Below the pieces are notes generated by a model. That model saw only the letters and a program-made list of their open reading frames with translations, was not told the origin of the DNA and did no database searches. The position numbers and the translations under genes are program-made. Positions 10,519 to 20,084 of a stretch of 64,000 bases of DNA are shown here, piece after piece. Every line of letters starts with the position of its first letter. The first letter of the stretch is position 1. The stretch lies in the sequence record NC_048053.1; one strand, given 5' to 3'.

Positions 10519-11207
10519 TGTATAACGTAAACGAACCTCTAAGCCCAATGTTGAGAAATATAAAAATGCGCTCAATGCCTATGAAAACTTTATTTATCAG
10601 CGTCACCGATTCTCAGTTTGGTTCTCATGCCGCTCGTATCACTAATGAACTGGCTAAAGTTCTCCTTGCTGATCCGGTTGAGTCCGTTTGTGTTCTACGC
10701 AAAACCAATTCTAATCTGCACGTTTTCGAAATCTATTTTTGCAAATCTGCGGAGATTGATTTCAACGGCGCAGAATACCACGTTCGTTTTGTTCCTCTTT
10801 CGCGTCCGGTAGCAACTTATCCCGGCACCGGAATGTTCGATCCGTCGATTCTGAATAGCGCTATTGAAAACGGTTCGCTGCTGAACGATCAGCTTTTCAC
10901 TTCTGAAATGCAACGTGCTTCCAGACAAACGCTCTCGCCTGTTGTGATGAATGCCTCTGTTCGTCACCGCATCGGTGATTACTCTGCGCATCTGACTGCG
11001 AAAGATAACACGATTAAGGCGCTCAACGACGAACTGAATTTACATCGCGCCGTTCTGCGTAAAGACTATTGGATTTGGGAGGACGATTTTAAATCTAATG
11101 GTTTGGACTCATTGAACTGCCCAATCTTAATTTCTCCGGAACAGTTACGCAGTCTGATTCTCGCTGCAACGCGAAGTTCAGAACTTGCTTTGGAGATTAG
11201 TGAGTAA
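10518..11207 (+). CDS. hypothetical protein
   Basis: TAATG overlap with the upstream gene. Confidence 0.65.
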   Translation: MYNVNEPLSPMLRNIKMRSMPMKTLFISVTDSQFGSHAARITNELAKVLLADPVESVCVLRKTNSNLHVFEIYFCKSAEIDFNGAEYHVRFVPLSRPVATYPGTGMFDPSILNSAIENGSLLNDQLFTSEMQRASRQTLSPVVMNASVRHRIGDYSAHLTAKDNTIKALNDELNLHRAVLRKDYWIWEDDFKSNGLDSLNCPILISPEQLRSLILAATRSSELALEISE

Positions 11208-11524
11208 TGTTCAGCACAATGATGTTTATTCGTGTCTTCGGATCTAGTTACATGATCAATCCTACTCTGATTGATGCCGGACGAAAAACTGTCGTAGTAG
11301 ATCCGAAAGATTTTGTTCCACTGATTCCCGGCTTTGTTGTCGGTGCGCCTTACGCTATTTGCCCGTTGCCTAAAATCTTGAAAAAGGTTGGGTGTGATTG
11401 GCGAGTAAAATCTTTCGAGCGCCTCGAATCGGGCAAATGGCGCTACTTGTTTCATTACCTTAATACGGAATGGACAGTAGAAATGATCGTGGGAAAAGAT
11501 TATGGGAAAGTTATCAAAGGCTGA
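11207..11524 (+). CDS. hypothetical protein
   Basis: TAATG overlap. Confidence 0.6.
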   Translation: MFSTMMFIRVFGSSYMINPTLIDAGRKTVVVDPKDFVPLIPGFVVGAPYAICPLPKILKKVGCDWRVKSFERLESGKWRYLFHYLNTEWTVEMIVGKDYGKVIKG

Positions 11525-12671
11525 TCAGATTCGTCATGCGCAGGCGATGGATCTAATCAATAGTGATAAACCTCTCACGTTCGATCAGAAACTTTTTGTG
11601 TATGAAAACTATTTCGAAAGCGCTACCAGTAACGTGCGTGAACTCGGAAGTTTTCATACACCTCTTTCTTACGCGTGGGATTTTGAATTAGATATTCAAG
11701 GATATGGATCGCTCGTTGACCTGTGCGCAGGCACGGGCATTTTGTCGTTCTGCTACAGACACCGCATGAAATACTATCATCCGGATGAAGTGCCTACGAT
11801 TGTTTGTGTGGAAATAAATAAAGAATACTGCGACATAGGCAAGAGACTTTTGCCCGAAGCAATTTGGGTAAACGATGATGCGTTGACTCACGATGTTTTG
11901 CAGTATCTTGATCCGTGTACGAAATTTAAGAATGCGATAAGTAATCCACCATTCGGATATTTGAAAACGTCCGAACATATGGGAAAATATCGCGGCAAGG
12001 ATTTTGAATTTCGAATCATAGAGCGTGCGTCTCAAGTCGCGGAATATGGTTCGTTCATTATCCCACAACAAAGCGCCCCGTTCACATATTCTGGAACGAG
12101 ACACTATCAGGAACGAGATAGCAAAAAATATATCAACTTCCACAAAGATACTGGCATCGAATTAACGGCTGGTATCGGCGTAGATAGTTCCGTCTACAAA
12201 GATGAATGGAAAAATACTTCGATACTCTGCGAAGATGTACAAGCAGACTTCACGAAGGAGCCAAACAGAATGAAGCAACGATTGAAATTGATGCACGGCG
12301 ACACGCTGGAAAAAATCAGAACGATTCCTGATACCAGTGTTGACTTGGTAGTGTTCAGTACCGTTAATAAACGTTGGACAGATCCGATTCAAATGCAGGA
12401 ACTCTATGAAGAGTTTATGCGCGTGAAAACTGATAACGGAATCATCATCGTTACAACCGGGCATCGTTTAGATCCTAAAACGTATCATGCGCTGATCAAA
12501 AAGCACTGTCCTAAAAATGGAGTGGTGTTAGATCCTTATATGCTGCGCGGATACACCGGATACATTTGCGCGAAACTCCAACTCAAATACATAGGCATAG
12601 AGCAAGATCCTCTGTACTATTCGATTTGTAAAAGTTTCATTGTTGATGCGTATAAAAAGTTCAGTCAATAA
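11502..12671 (+). CDS. DNA adenine (N6) methyltransferase with a degenerate second MTase-like C-terminal domain
   Basis: SAM motif VDLCAGTG followed by catalytic NPPF (gamma-type order). C-terminal LMHGDTLEKIRTIPDTSVDLVVFST...VLDPYMLRGYTG resembles an N4/N6 MTase lacking DPPY. Confidence 0.8.
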   Translation: MGKLSKADQIRHAQAMDLINSDKPLTFDQKLFVYENYFESATSNVRELGSFHTPLSYAWDFELDIQGYGSLVDLCAGTGILSFCYRHRMKYYHPDEVPTIVCVEINKEYCDIGKRLLPEAIWVNDDALTHDVLQYLDPCTKFKNAISNPPFGYLKTSEHMGKYRGKDFEFRIIERASQVAEYGSFIIPQQSAPFTYSGTRHYQERDSKKYINFHKDTGIELTAGIGVDSSVYKDEWKNTSILCEDVQADFTKEPNRMKQRLKLMHGDTLEKIRTIPDTSVDLVVFSTVNKRWTDPIQMQELYEEFMRVKTDNGIIIVTTGHRLDPKTYHALIKKHCPKNGVVLDPYMLRGYTGYICAKLQLKYIGIEQDPLYYSICKSFIVDAYKKFSQ

Positions 12672-12684
12672 TTAAAGGGAACGT

Positions 12685-12885
12685 ATGAGGAAAACTCCGG
12701 TTGCTGTTTGTATAAATTCTGCGTTGCTTCGTGGAGCAACACTTGCCACATATTCTCCGTTTCAGGAAGAAACTTATAACTGGCATTACGTTCCTATTTC
12801 TGATGAGGAATTTCTACGTCGCGTGTTGGCAAACGGCAAGTCTGTTATATTAAAGGATCGACGATGGGTAAGCTCAAAGTTTTAG
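12685..12885 (+). CDS. hypothetical small protein
   Basis: ORF between the two MTase genes. Confidence 0.55.
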   Translation: MRKTPVAVCINSALLRGATLATYSPFQEETYNWHYVPISDEEFLRRVLANGKSVILKDRRWVSSKF

Positions 12886-14087
12886 TTGGCGATTGCAAAA
12901 AGAGTTTAAAAAAGATTCCCGACGCCAGTGTTCAAATGTGTGTGACAAGCCCTCCTTACTACGGTCTGCGTGATTATGGAAATCCCGCGCAGATCGGATT
13001 AGAGGAAACTCCGGAACAGTACATTGAATCTTTGGTAGAAGTTTTTCGCGAAGTGAAACGCACTCTTAAAGATGACGGCGTGTTGTGGTTAAACATTGGC
13101 GATAGCTACTACAATCCTTCGAGAAAGAAACACAAAAATCTCAAAGGAAAAGATTTGATTGGCATTCCGTGGATGCTTGCTTTTGCTTTGCGTCAGGATG
13201 GCTGGTATTTACGTCAGGACATTATCTGGCAGAAAACATCGCCTATGCCTGAAAGCGTTCGTGACCGCTGCACCGGAAGCCACGAATACATGTTTCTTCT
13301 CGCTAAGTCTCCGAAATATTATTTCGATAACGAGGCGATCAAAACTCCTGTTAAGCAGGATTGGGGAACACGTAATCGCAAGGATGGGAAGTATCACAAC
13401 GAAGGAACCGGATTGCAGCCACATTCCGGATTAGAAAAAAGTTATTCCAAAGCGAACAAGCGAAGTGTTTGGACGCTCGCGCCTCAGCCGTTCAAAGGCG
13501 CACACTTTGCAGTCTATCCACCGGATTTAATTCTGCCTTGTATTCTCGCAGGATCGAGAAAAGGCGATACTGTTTTAGATCCGTTTGGCGGTTCCGGAAC
13601 AACGGCGGCAGTAGCGAAATATTTAAATCGCAATGCAATTCTTTGCGAACTGAATCCGGAATACGCAAAAATAATGCCGCAGCGTGTCGAGAGTGTTCTC
13701 GCAAACTACGCTGCAAAGAAAAAATCCCCACTTACTTTATTACGCAAGCCAAAAAATTTGCGAAAAGTTAAGAAGGGAAGTGCCGATCTTGTTCTCGTAG
13801 AAAAATACGATCTGCCTATCTCTGAAATCTCACGAATCAAATCTGACAATGGTTCTGCTTTTGTCTTGGATAGAAAACTTTCAGTAAAAGAACTCACTGA
13901 ACTTATTCTGTCGAACACAACGGAAGGACAAACAGTTTTCTCACCAAACATTCGAAAAGGAAGAATCGGTGTTGTGTGCGCTAAACTGAATCGTCGTCTG
14001 ATTGGAATCGGTCATAAGCATTATGATGAGGCCAAAGAGAAGATCGTTAAGAGCTATCGCAGGCACTATAAAGAACAATCCGCGTAA
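12864..14087 (+). CDS. beta-class N4-cytosine/N6-adenine DNA methyltransferase with degenerate C-terminal MTase-like domain
   Basis: Catalytic TSPPYYGLRDY precedes SAM motif VLDPFGGSGTT. C-terminal KKGSADLVLVEKY...GQTVFSPNIRKGRIG. Confidence 0.88.
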   Translation: MGKLKVLVGDCKKSLKKIPDASVQMCVTSPPYYGLRDYGNPAQIGLEETPEQYIESLVEVFREVKRTLKDDGVLWLNIGDSYYNPSRKKHKNLKGKDLIGIPWMLAFALRQDGWYLRQDIIWQKTSPMPESVRDRCTGSHEYMFLLAKSPKYYFDNEAIKTPVKQDWGTRNRKDGKYHNEGTGLQPHSGLEKSYSKANKRSVWTLAPQPFKGAHFAVYPPDLILPCILAGSRKGDTVLDPFGGSGTTAAVAKYLNRNAILCELNPEYAKIMPQRVESVLANYAAKKKSPLTLLRKPKNLRKVKKGSADLVLVEKYDLPISEISRIKSDNGSAFVLDRKLSVKELTELILSNTTEGQTVFSPNIRKGRIGVVCAKLNRRLIGIGHKHYDEAKEKIVKSYRRHYKEQSA

Positions 14088-14142
14088 GTCTCCCGGCGGG
14101 GAAAAGGAATGCCCCGCAAAACTCCCTTCTATCTGGCCTTTC

Positions 14143-14201
14143 AGGTCTGCAAATTGCTGTCCAAAATACCGCTCGAAACTCTCCCTTTTTCTTGATATCC
14201 T
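14143..14201 (+). promoter_or_regulatory. box-type promoter (GCAAA 14149, -10 TATCCT 14196)
   Basis: Member of the 10-copy family with fixed spacing. Confidence 0.75.
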
Positions 14202-14264
14202 AAACCCTCTAGGGCGCATTGCGTCCACATACTGTCAATAACCCATATAGAAGGATTCTCCGCT

Positions 14265-14600
14265 ATGTCTACTATTTCTGACGTGAAAGGTATTGTTGCT
14301 TGCGTGCTGACTAATCCGGTTACGCTTCCTCTAACTGTTGCGTTTGGAAGCGCCTACGTCGATCCGGAATATCAACTCGAAATCTCCGAACGTGATATGC
14401 AGGATGTAACGCCGCTCGATCTGGAAGAACAAACTGTTTTGCTTAATGCGAAGATCGATGCAAACAAAAATGTGCGTTACATTTTAATCGGTGAATGGAA
14501 TGCGCTTGAATCTTTCATGAAAGAAAATTTCCGTGTGGGAAGTTATCATTCCTATATGCAGAAACTGGAAGCCGAAGATAAATACCGCAACAAAATCTAA
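14265..14600 (+). CDS. hypothetical protein
   Basis: ORF downstream of the conserved promoter box. Confidence 0.65.
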   Translation: MSTISDVKGIVACVLTNPVTLPLTVAFGSAYVDPEYQLEISERDMQDVTPLDLEEQTVLLNAKIDANKNVRYILIGEWNALESFMKENFRVGSYHSYMQKLEAEDKYRNKI

Positions 14601-14660
14601 ATTGCTCTGTGCGCTCAATAGTGGGCGCACTTCTCAAACACTGTTTAAGGATAAATTTTT

Positions 14661-15140
14661 ATGTACTCATTAAATGAAATCGTTCAGAAGATCATTAACC
14701 GTTTGCCCGATGTTGCTGAAATCAGCAATCTCGAATTCGTTCACAAAAGTGGTTGTGATTATGTTTACTTCCAACTGCACGGCATTACTTATCGTGTTGA
14801 TGCTGGCTTGTTTGTAGAAGAGAAAGAAGGTTCGTTTTTAGTTTCTTCTAGTGCTGCTCGCAATGTTCAGGCTGTTCTTCGCGGTGAGCGTGAGACTCTG
14901 ATCAATGTTGAAGCGCGAAACAAAGCAGTGGATGCTATCGTCAACAACGCATCACACATCGAATTGCAGGAAGTTTTGATTGGTATCGGCGAACCGGAAG
15001 AAGGTACGTTAGAAGAATTGCAAAAAGCTGTGCGCGACTGGCTGCATGGTGACAGCAAATTGTTGATCGAAAAAATGGAAATCGTCTGGCTGTTCTTTGG
15101 TCACGATAAAGCTACGGCATTCAATGAGGCGTTTCGCTAA
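14661..15140 (+). CDS. hypothetical protein
   Basis: AAGGA Shine-Dalgarno. Confidence 0.65.
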   Translation: MYSLNEIVQKIINRLPDVAEISNLEFVHKSGCDYVYFQLHGITYRVDAGLFVEEKEGSFLVSSSAARNVQAVLRGERETLINVEARNKAVDAIVNNASHIELQEVLIGIGEPEEGTLEELQKAVRDWLHGDSKLLIEKMEIVWLFFGHDKATAFNEAFR

Positions 15141-15655
15141 TGAACATCGAAACCATTTTGAAACACACGCCGGATCAGTACAAAGAAAAAGTAATTGCTT
15201 GCCTGAACAAGTACGCGCCGATTGTTGAGAAATTTCAGGAAGAGATTTTCATTCGTTTAGTAGAAGTGTCCAACAAGCCTTATATAACTTCTGCTTCTGA
15301 ATATCTCTTTCCGGTGAAAGGCATTTCTATTTATATGCGCTATGGGGCGGGGCGTTGTGGTCGTTATGGTCACAATACTTTGTGCATTGCAAACATCGAA
15401 GTGCCAAAACGTATGGAACACAAAGGCTTCTTCACGGCGCTAATCTTTTCTTTGATTGCCGAATGTCAGGAACGCAAAATCATTCTTATGGTGGAGAATC
15501 CTCTTGAGAGATTCTTTCAGGATTTTCTTTTGCGCATTGGCTTTATTTGTCCGAACAGAAACGGTTTAGGTATTGGCACGTTTCATCGTCCGATTGATGA
15601 AGGCCAGATCAGTCTTTACCCGTTCTACAATATGGATATCGAACATGCAGAATAA
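15140..15655 (+). CDS. GNAT-fold acetyltransferase-like protein
   Basis: LCIANIEVPKRMEHKGFFTALI resembles GNAT motif A (V...R.KG). ENP...FLLRIGF resembles motif B. Confidence 0.55.
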   Translation: MNIETILKHTPDQYKEKVIACLNKYAPIVEKFQEEIFIRLVEVSNKPYITSASEYLFPVKGISIYMRYGAGRCGRYGHNTLCIANIEVPKRMEHKGFFTALIFSLIAECQERKIILMVENPLERFFQDFLLRIGFICPNRNGLGIGTFHRPIDEGQISLYPFYNMDIEHAE

Positions 15656-16070
15656 CTACGCTGTTAATATGGTCGCTGGTTTCATTCGTGAAATAGCGCG
15701 AGCGCCGCATAGAATCTTTAACGAAGTTCCAATTCGTTTTGGTTCTGGTGAAACTGTTGTATCAGTCGAGAAAGAATCTCACGCGATTGTTGCAACGATG
15801 GTTGATTGTCCTATCGAATCGCACGAAGAACTTTTAGCTTTCGTGAACGCAACATTCAAACAGCTTTCCGGCTATCGTGTTACGTTGCGTTTTCTTGGCG
15901 GTCTGGATCTGAATCAATATGCCGATGATCATTTGCATGAAATTGCCGAACACTGGCAATGCAAATACGACATGGTGCGAACTAACTATTATTCTTTGGA
16001 AGTGTTTCGTTGTCTTCCATACAAAGAGGGGCGAAAAGTTGAAATTTCGCAAACTACTGACCCGCAATAA
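15645..16070 (+). CDS. hypothetical protein (start ATG 15645)
   Basis: In frame with ORF 15573..16070. Confidence 0.55.
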   Translation: MQNNYAVNMVAGFIREIARAPHRIFNEVPIRFGSGETVVSVEKESHAIVATMVDCPIESHEELLAFVNATFKQLSGYRVTLRFLGGLDLNQYADDHLHEIAEHWQCKYDMVRTNYYSLEVFRCLPYKEGRKVEISQTTDPQ

Positions 16071-16314
16071 AAACAGACGCTCCATTTCTGCAAGCTGTTT
16101 TATTGGACGTTTGTTTTTGGAAATTGGCGTAGGGCGTGAACTGTGGTACTTCACGCGCTTTGGTAAAAATAACGATCATCGCATTTATCATTTGATTCAC
16201 GTAGGTGTTACGCGTCTGGTGAATCCTAGCGGCGAAGCGCATACTGATATGCTGGTGATCTCATTCCTCCTGCTAAATATTAAATTTGGTTGGATGACAA
16301 TTAAGGATAAGTAA
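16039..16314 (+). CDS. hypothetical protein (probable TTG start)
   Basis: Fills the gap between genes. GAGGG precedes TTG 16039. In frame with ORF 15919..16314. Confidence 0.35.
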   Translation: MKFRKLLTRNKNRRSISASCFIGRLFLEIGVGRELWYFTRFGKNNDHRIYHLIHVGVTRLVNPSGEAHTDMLVISFLLLNIKFGWMTIKDK

Positions 16315-16532
16315 TGGCTGACTATACCAAAGAAGCACTTGAGCAAATGGACATTGCTCAATTGACAGACGTTGCTGATGAGTTTCGTTTGTATGAGGAT
16401 ATGAGCGACGATGATGACGCTCCGGATCAATCTGAAATGATCGAAGATATTCTGGCAGAGCAAGAACGCTTGAATCGAGCTAATGAATATGCTTTGAACC
16501 GTTTGAAAAATTCTATCTTCACGCGAGATTAA
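16314..16532 (+). CDS. small acidic Rho-N/HeH-like protein
   Basis: LEQMDIAQLTDVADEFRL...QSEMIEDILAEQ has the helix-loop-helix pattern of Rho N-terminal modules. Confidence 0.55.
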   Translation: MADYTKEALEQMDIAQLTDVADEFRLYEDMSDDDDAPDQSEMIEDILAEQERLNRANEYALNRLKNSIFTRD

Positions 16533-16534
16533 AA

Positions 16535-17293
16535 ATGCCGAAACTCAAAAAAGAAACTCTGTTCGATTCGCTGCACGCTAAATTCTTCACAAAGAATCCG
16601 TGCGCACAAATGCAAGATATTTTGCGCATCGTCGTAGTGAAGCCTGTTAACTCTCTTCACTTTAAACTGGTCATGCGTCCTGCTGCGTGGAATCAGCACG
16701 AAGAAAACTTTCGTGAGATTTCTATCCGACGTGCCGAACTTCATTACGTTGATATAATCTGCACGCAGGGAACTTTCGCAGATAGCACGCACGCCGAAAC
16801 AATGGAACAGGCGATGGATGCAATCTATAAGTATCTTTCTGCCAGAAGCATAACGCGCACGAAACTTTTTGATGCTGCTGCTGTTTATGCTCATACGTTG
16901 AAAAATAGTAGTGCTGCTGGCGTTTCGGTTTCTGATTGTATTGACCGGATCATCATTCGTGATTTATCTGTAAACTACTCTACAGAACTGCATATAACGC
17001 AGAACAGCAATGGCAGAATTAAAATGTCGTTGTACGCGAACGGCGAACTTTCATTCTGCACCGAACCTCAAACGGAACAGCAACTGATAGACAAAGCAAC
17101 TTATGTTTTGTTTGGCGGTGGCCCTGTTGAAGACGCGTTGCCGAAACTGCTTCGCCACGAAGTTAAAGCTGTGACTCAAATGTTGGAGAAATACAATGTC
17201 AATCTCAACGAGGACACAATCACTTTTAAGAAGGAAGATTTTTTCTCCTTTGTTGGCGATCTTGTTCAGCACAAAACGCCGGGCAAGAATTAG
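16535..17293 (+). CDS. hypothetical protein
   Basis: 252 aa ORF. Confidence 0.7.
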   Translation: MPKLKKETLFDSLHAKFFTKNPCAQMQDILRIVVVKPVNSLHFKLVMRPAAWNQHEENFREISIRRAELHYVDIICTQGTFADSTHAETMEQAMDAIYKYLSARSITRTKLFDAAAVYAHTLKNSSAAGVSVSDCIDRIIIRDLSVNYSTELHITQNSNGRIKMSLYANGELSFCTEPQTEQQLIDKATYVLFGGGPVEDALPKLLRHEVKAVTQMLEKYNVNLNEDTITFKKEDFFSFVGDLVQHKTPGKN

Positions 17294-17449
17294 TTTAGCT
17301 GTATCGTTTGTCCTGTACATCTGTTTTATTTTGTTTGACGCTTTCGTTTATCACGTCTCACAACCTGTTCGTTTGGTGGTTATATTTTTCGCGAGCATGT
17401 TTTTCGGACACGCTTTGTTTAAGGCTTTTCCGATCAGGAGTCGTCCCCA

Positions 17450-17545
17450 ATGATTGAGTACGGCGAAATAAAATTCCATATGTCAAGCCGTCGATTCTGG
17501 TTCTGGATTGCGGTTGCATTATTTCTTATAATCTCTCTTAACTGA
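17450..17545 (+). CDS. small membrane peptide (MIEYGEIKFHMSSRRFWFWIAVALFLIISLN)
   Basis: AGGAG Shine-Dalgarno before ATG 17450, one hydrophobic helix. Below the ORF-track cutoff. Confidence 0.45.
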   Translation: MIEYGEIKFHMSSRRFWFWIAVALFLIISLN

Positions 17546-17559
17546 GGAAAGGTACTAAA

Positions 17560-18153
17560 ATGAAAAACTTCTTTGCAAAATTCTTCGATCTTCGCGCTTA
17601 CGACAATTGGAATCTCGGCGCGTTTTTCATTCTCTTCATTGTCTACGCTGTTATGGATGTTTTCATTCCGGACGGTTACGAGACTCTGTATCTGATTCTC
17701 GCAATCGGGCTTAACATTGCAGTGCTTGTTTTCGATCAGAATGAATTGCGTAAAGCCGAAGCCAATGTTCCGTCTGCGTGGTGGATTCTTTTGATGCCTG
17801 TTTACGTTTACATGCGTGAGAAAAAGAATTCTAAAAAGAATCTGCGTGTAGCTCATGCGTATCTTGTGCTTATGATTGCCTCTATGCTTTTCGGTTTCAG
17901 TGCGGATAATTCTCGCAATCCGGAACGTGTTGCTTCTGATGTGTGTCCAATCGTTGACACGATTGATTTGTATCGCAACGCTCATGTTACTTGCACGCGT
18001 GCATACAATTTCACTGAACAGTATGACGGTTTCTGGAAAGGGCGTGTCCATCTTTCAAATAACATGATTGTATCTGTTACTGCCGATTACAATCAGAAAG
18101 AAGGTTCTGTTTACGTTCAGACGCAGGGGTTATCAGATGACGCAGGCTACTAA
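17560..18153 (+). CDS. membrane protein with C-terminal extracytoplasmic domain
   Basis: Several hydrophobic helices, then a Cys-containing soluble domain. Confidence 0.7.
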   Translation: MKNFFAKFFDLRAYDNWNLGAFFILFIVYAVMDVFIPDGYETLYLILAIGLNIAVLVFDQNELRKAEANVPSAWWILLMPVYVYMREKKNSKKNLRVAHAYLVLMIASMLFGFSADNSRNPERVASDVCPIVDTIDLYRNAHVTCTRAYNFTEQYDGFWKGRVHLSNNMIVSVTADYNQKEGSVYVQTQGLSDDAGY

Positions 18154-18487
18154 GAAACGCTACTGCCCCGAAACGGGCGTTGAGTTGCGCGAGGCAATCG
18201 GAATTCCGTGTATCGTGATCGTATGTCATGTGATCGAACGCGAGCGCGGAGTGGGTAAACGTCCTGATGGTTTCGTTTACTGCGAATGCAAAGAAAACTT
18301 GGAGAAGTTCAAAGAATTTCTCCAACAACAAAAATCCTCTTCGCGAGGTGAGTGTTATTCCGAAATCACCAACACTGAGTTAGTTCAGGTAAGCGAAGAG
18401 TTTGTCAAAGAACTTTCCAAACACCGAAACGATCTTCATCGTCCGTGGATTTGGGAAAATTCAAGCAAACACAATTCTATTGTGTGA
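18137..18487 (+). CDS. hypothetical protein (start ATG 18137)
   Basis: AGGGG Shine-Dalgarno, in frame with ORF 18068..18487. Confidence 0.6.
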   Translation: MTQATKKRYCPETGVELREAIGIPCIVIVCHVIERERGVGKRPDGFVYCECKENLEKFKEFLQQQKSSSRGECYSEITNTELVQVSEEFVKELSKHRNDLHRPWIWENSSKHNSIV

Positions 18488-18495
18488 GGTGAGCC

Positions 18496-18846
18496 ATGAA
18501 AATTGACAGCACCGTGATTCGAGAACTTGTATTGAAACAACACGAATTCCGCTCCGTGCTATCCAATGCCGATGCGTTGTTTTGTGTTTCTCAATTTGCG
18601 GCGTTGGCGTCAACTGGTTTTCCTGTTGTCGCTGGTTTTACTCTGGAAGAAGTTCCAGATGGTCAACGCGGAATACAAGTTGTATTTCCTGAATATCAAA
18701 TCCTATCGCAAGTCACTAAAGAAGATATGCGCGAAGTTGAGAAGCGTTTTGTCGCAGACTACGATTGGGGAAGTGCTGTAATTGAACGCGGAAGTTTTTA
18801 TAACGGATTTAAAGGCCGTTCCTTCCGTTTAATTCTCCTTTACTGA
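18496..18846 (+). CDS. hypothetical protein
   Basis: GAGGTGA Shine-Dalgarno. Confidence 0.65.
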   Translation: MKIDSTVIRELVLKQHEFRSVLSNADALFCVSQFAALASTGFPVVAGFTLEEVPDGQRGIQVVFPEYQILSQVTKEDMREVEKRFVADYDWGSAVIERGSFYNGFKGRSFRLILLY

Positions 18847-18856
18847 GGAAATAAAA

Positions 18857-19105
18857 ATGCCAATGTCATTTCCGGATTTTGATTCATTAAAACGTCGCGC
18901 ACATCAACGCAATTTTCGTCAGCCGAAAGATGGCGAAACTGAACAAGAGTTCCGCACTGCTTTTGCTGATTTCATGCTGGAAGTTGATCGTGTTGAAAGC
19001 GCGGAAATCCGAAGCGGAAAAGGTTGGGATGAAATGCAACATGATCCTGCGGCTATGTTACGCATGATGGGATTTGGCGATGTTGTAGATTCTATCCGTA
19101 AGTAA
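18857..19105 (+). CDS. hypothetical protein
   Basis: GAGG Shine-Dalgarno, followed by a terminator. Confidence 0.65.
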   Translation: MPMSFPDFDSLKRRAHQRNFRQPKDGETEQEFRTAFADFMLEVDRVESAEIRSGKGWDEMQHDPAAMLRMMGFGDVVDSIRK

Positions 19106-19110
19106 AATAA

Positions 19111-19141
19111 TAGGGAGTGGGCGAAAGCTCATTCCCTTTTG
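19111..19141 (+). terminator. intrinsic terminator, identical to 9297..9326
   Basis: Same 30-bp sequence. Confidence 0.85.
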
Positions 19142-19177
19142 CGTTTCCTTGCCTAAATCTCTGGAGTCTGACCTAAC

Positions 19178-19236
19178 AAGTCGGCAAATCCTTGTCCGAA
19201 AATTCGCTGGTTTTGGCTCTCTTTTTCAGGCATACT
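19178..19236 (+). promoter_or_regulatory. box-type promoter (GCAAA 19184, -10 CATACT 19231)
   Basis: Member of the 10-copy family. Confidence 0.75.
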
Positions 19237-19267
19237 AAAAGGGCACCAATTACACCAATATAAGGAA

Positions 19268-19546
19268 ATGAATATGACCACTTTAACCCCGCTTGACCGT
19301 AAAAACGTACAGACCGTGTTGACCGTTCTTTTTGACGAAAAAGAGGCCGAACGTAAAAGAAAGAACTTGCGCGTGAGCACAAGACAATTTCTGAAATTGG
19401 CACGAATTCCTTCTGCCAGAAAATCAGAAGCGCTTGACCTGATTAAAACCGTTTCTCGATCTGCAAAATTCAGATCAACTTTCGGTAAATGGATCATGAC
19501 AATCGATCAGGCAAACACGGATAGCATTTTATTCATGCAGCCTTAA
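19268..19546 (+). CDS. hypothetical basic protein
   Basis: First gene after the conserved promoter box. AAGGA Shine-Dalgarno. Confidence 0.65.
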   Translation: MNMTTLTPLDRKNVQTVLTVLFDEKEAERKRKNLRVSTRQFLKLARIPSARKSEALDLIKTVSRSAKFRSTFGKWIMTIDQANTDSILFMQP

Positions 19547-19548
19547 AC

Positions 19549-19584
19549 ATTGTGAAGGGCATTCGAAAGAGTGTCCTTTGAAAT
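19549..19584 (+). repeat. 36-bp leader hairpin cassette, copy 1
   Basis: ATTGTGAAGGGCATTCGAAAGAGTGTCCTTTGAAAT is identical at 20022..20057. Confidence 0.9.
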
Positions 19585-19607
19585 GTCACCACAATACGGA
19601 AATAGTT

Positions 19608-20021
19608 ATGGACAATCTACCAAAGAAAGGCGCTGTTTTTTCTCTCATCGAAGTTGCGAAAATCTCCAAAGAAAGTAATCGTGATGTTTATTTGGGATTC
19701 GTTCCTCCGGTACGCACCGAAAAGTGTCAGTATAAATTTCTGAAACCCTCTGTTGTTGAATATCAACATATTGGATTGGATGCTTTGCTCTTAATTCCCG
19801 GATGGGCTGAAACAAAATGGCGCTTCCTTCATTTCTCACCGATAGGTTTTAATGCCTGTTTTGCCGCAATAGATAGTGAGGAAATTTCTGCTCTTTGTGA
19901 ATATCAACCGCACACATTCGATCTTCTTGTGGATAGCGTGTGTTCGTTTCCGCTTAACACTGATTTCAAACAATCGCCTCCGTATGATCCTGCGATTCAT
20001 GGTCGATTGATTCCACAATAA
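19608..20021 (+). CDS. hypothetical protein (start ATG 19608)
   Basis: Leader GGAAATAGTTATG is identical to that of the next gene. Confidence 0.65.
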   Translation: MDNLPKKGAVFSLIEVAKISKESNRDVYLGFVPPVRTEKCQYKFLKPSVVEYQHIGLDALLLIPGWAETKWRFLHFSPIGFNACFAAIDSEEISALCEYQPHTFDLLVDSVCSFPLNTDFKQSPPYDPAIHGRLIPQ

Positions 20022-20057
20022 ATTGTGAAGGGCATTCGAAAGAGTGTCCTTTGAAAT
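20022..20057 (+). repeat. 36-bp leader hairpin cassette, copy 2
   Basis: Identical to 19549..19584. Confidence 0.9.
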
Positions 20058-20084
20058 TTTACCAAACCCAATAAGGAAATAGTT

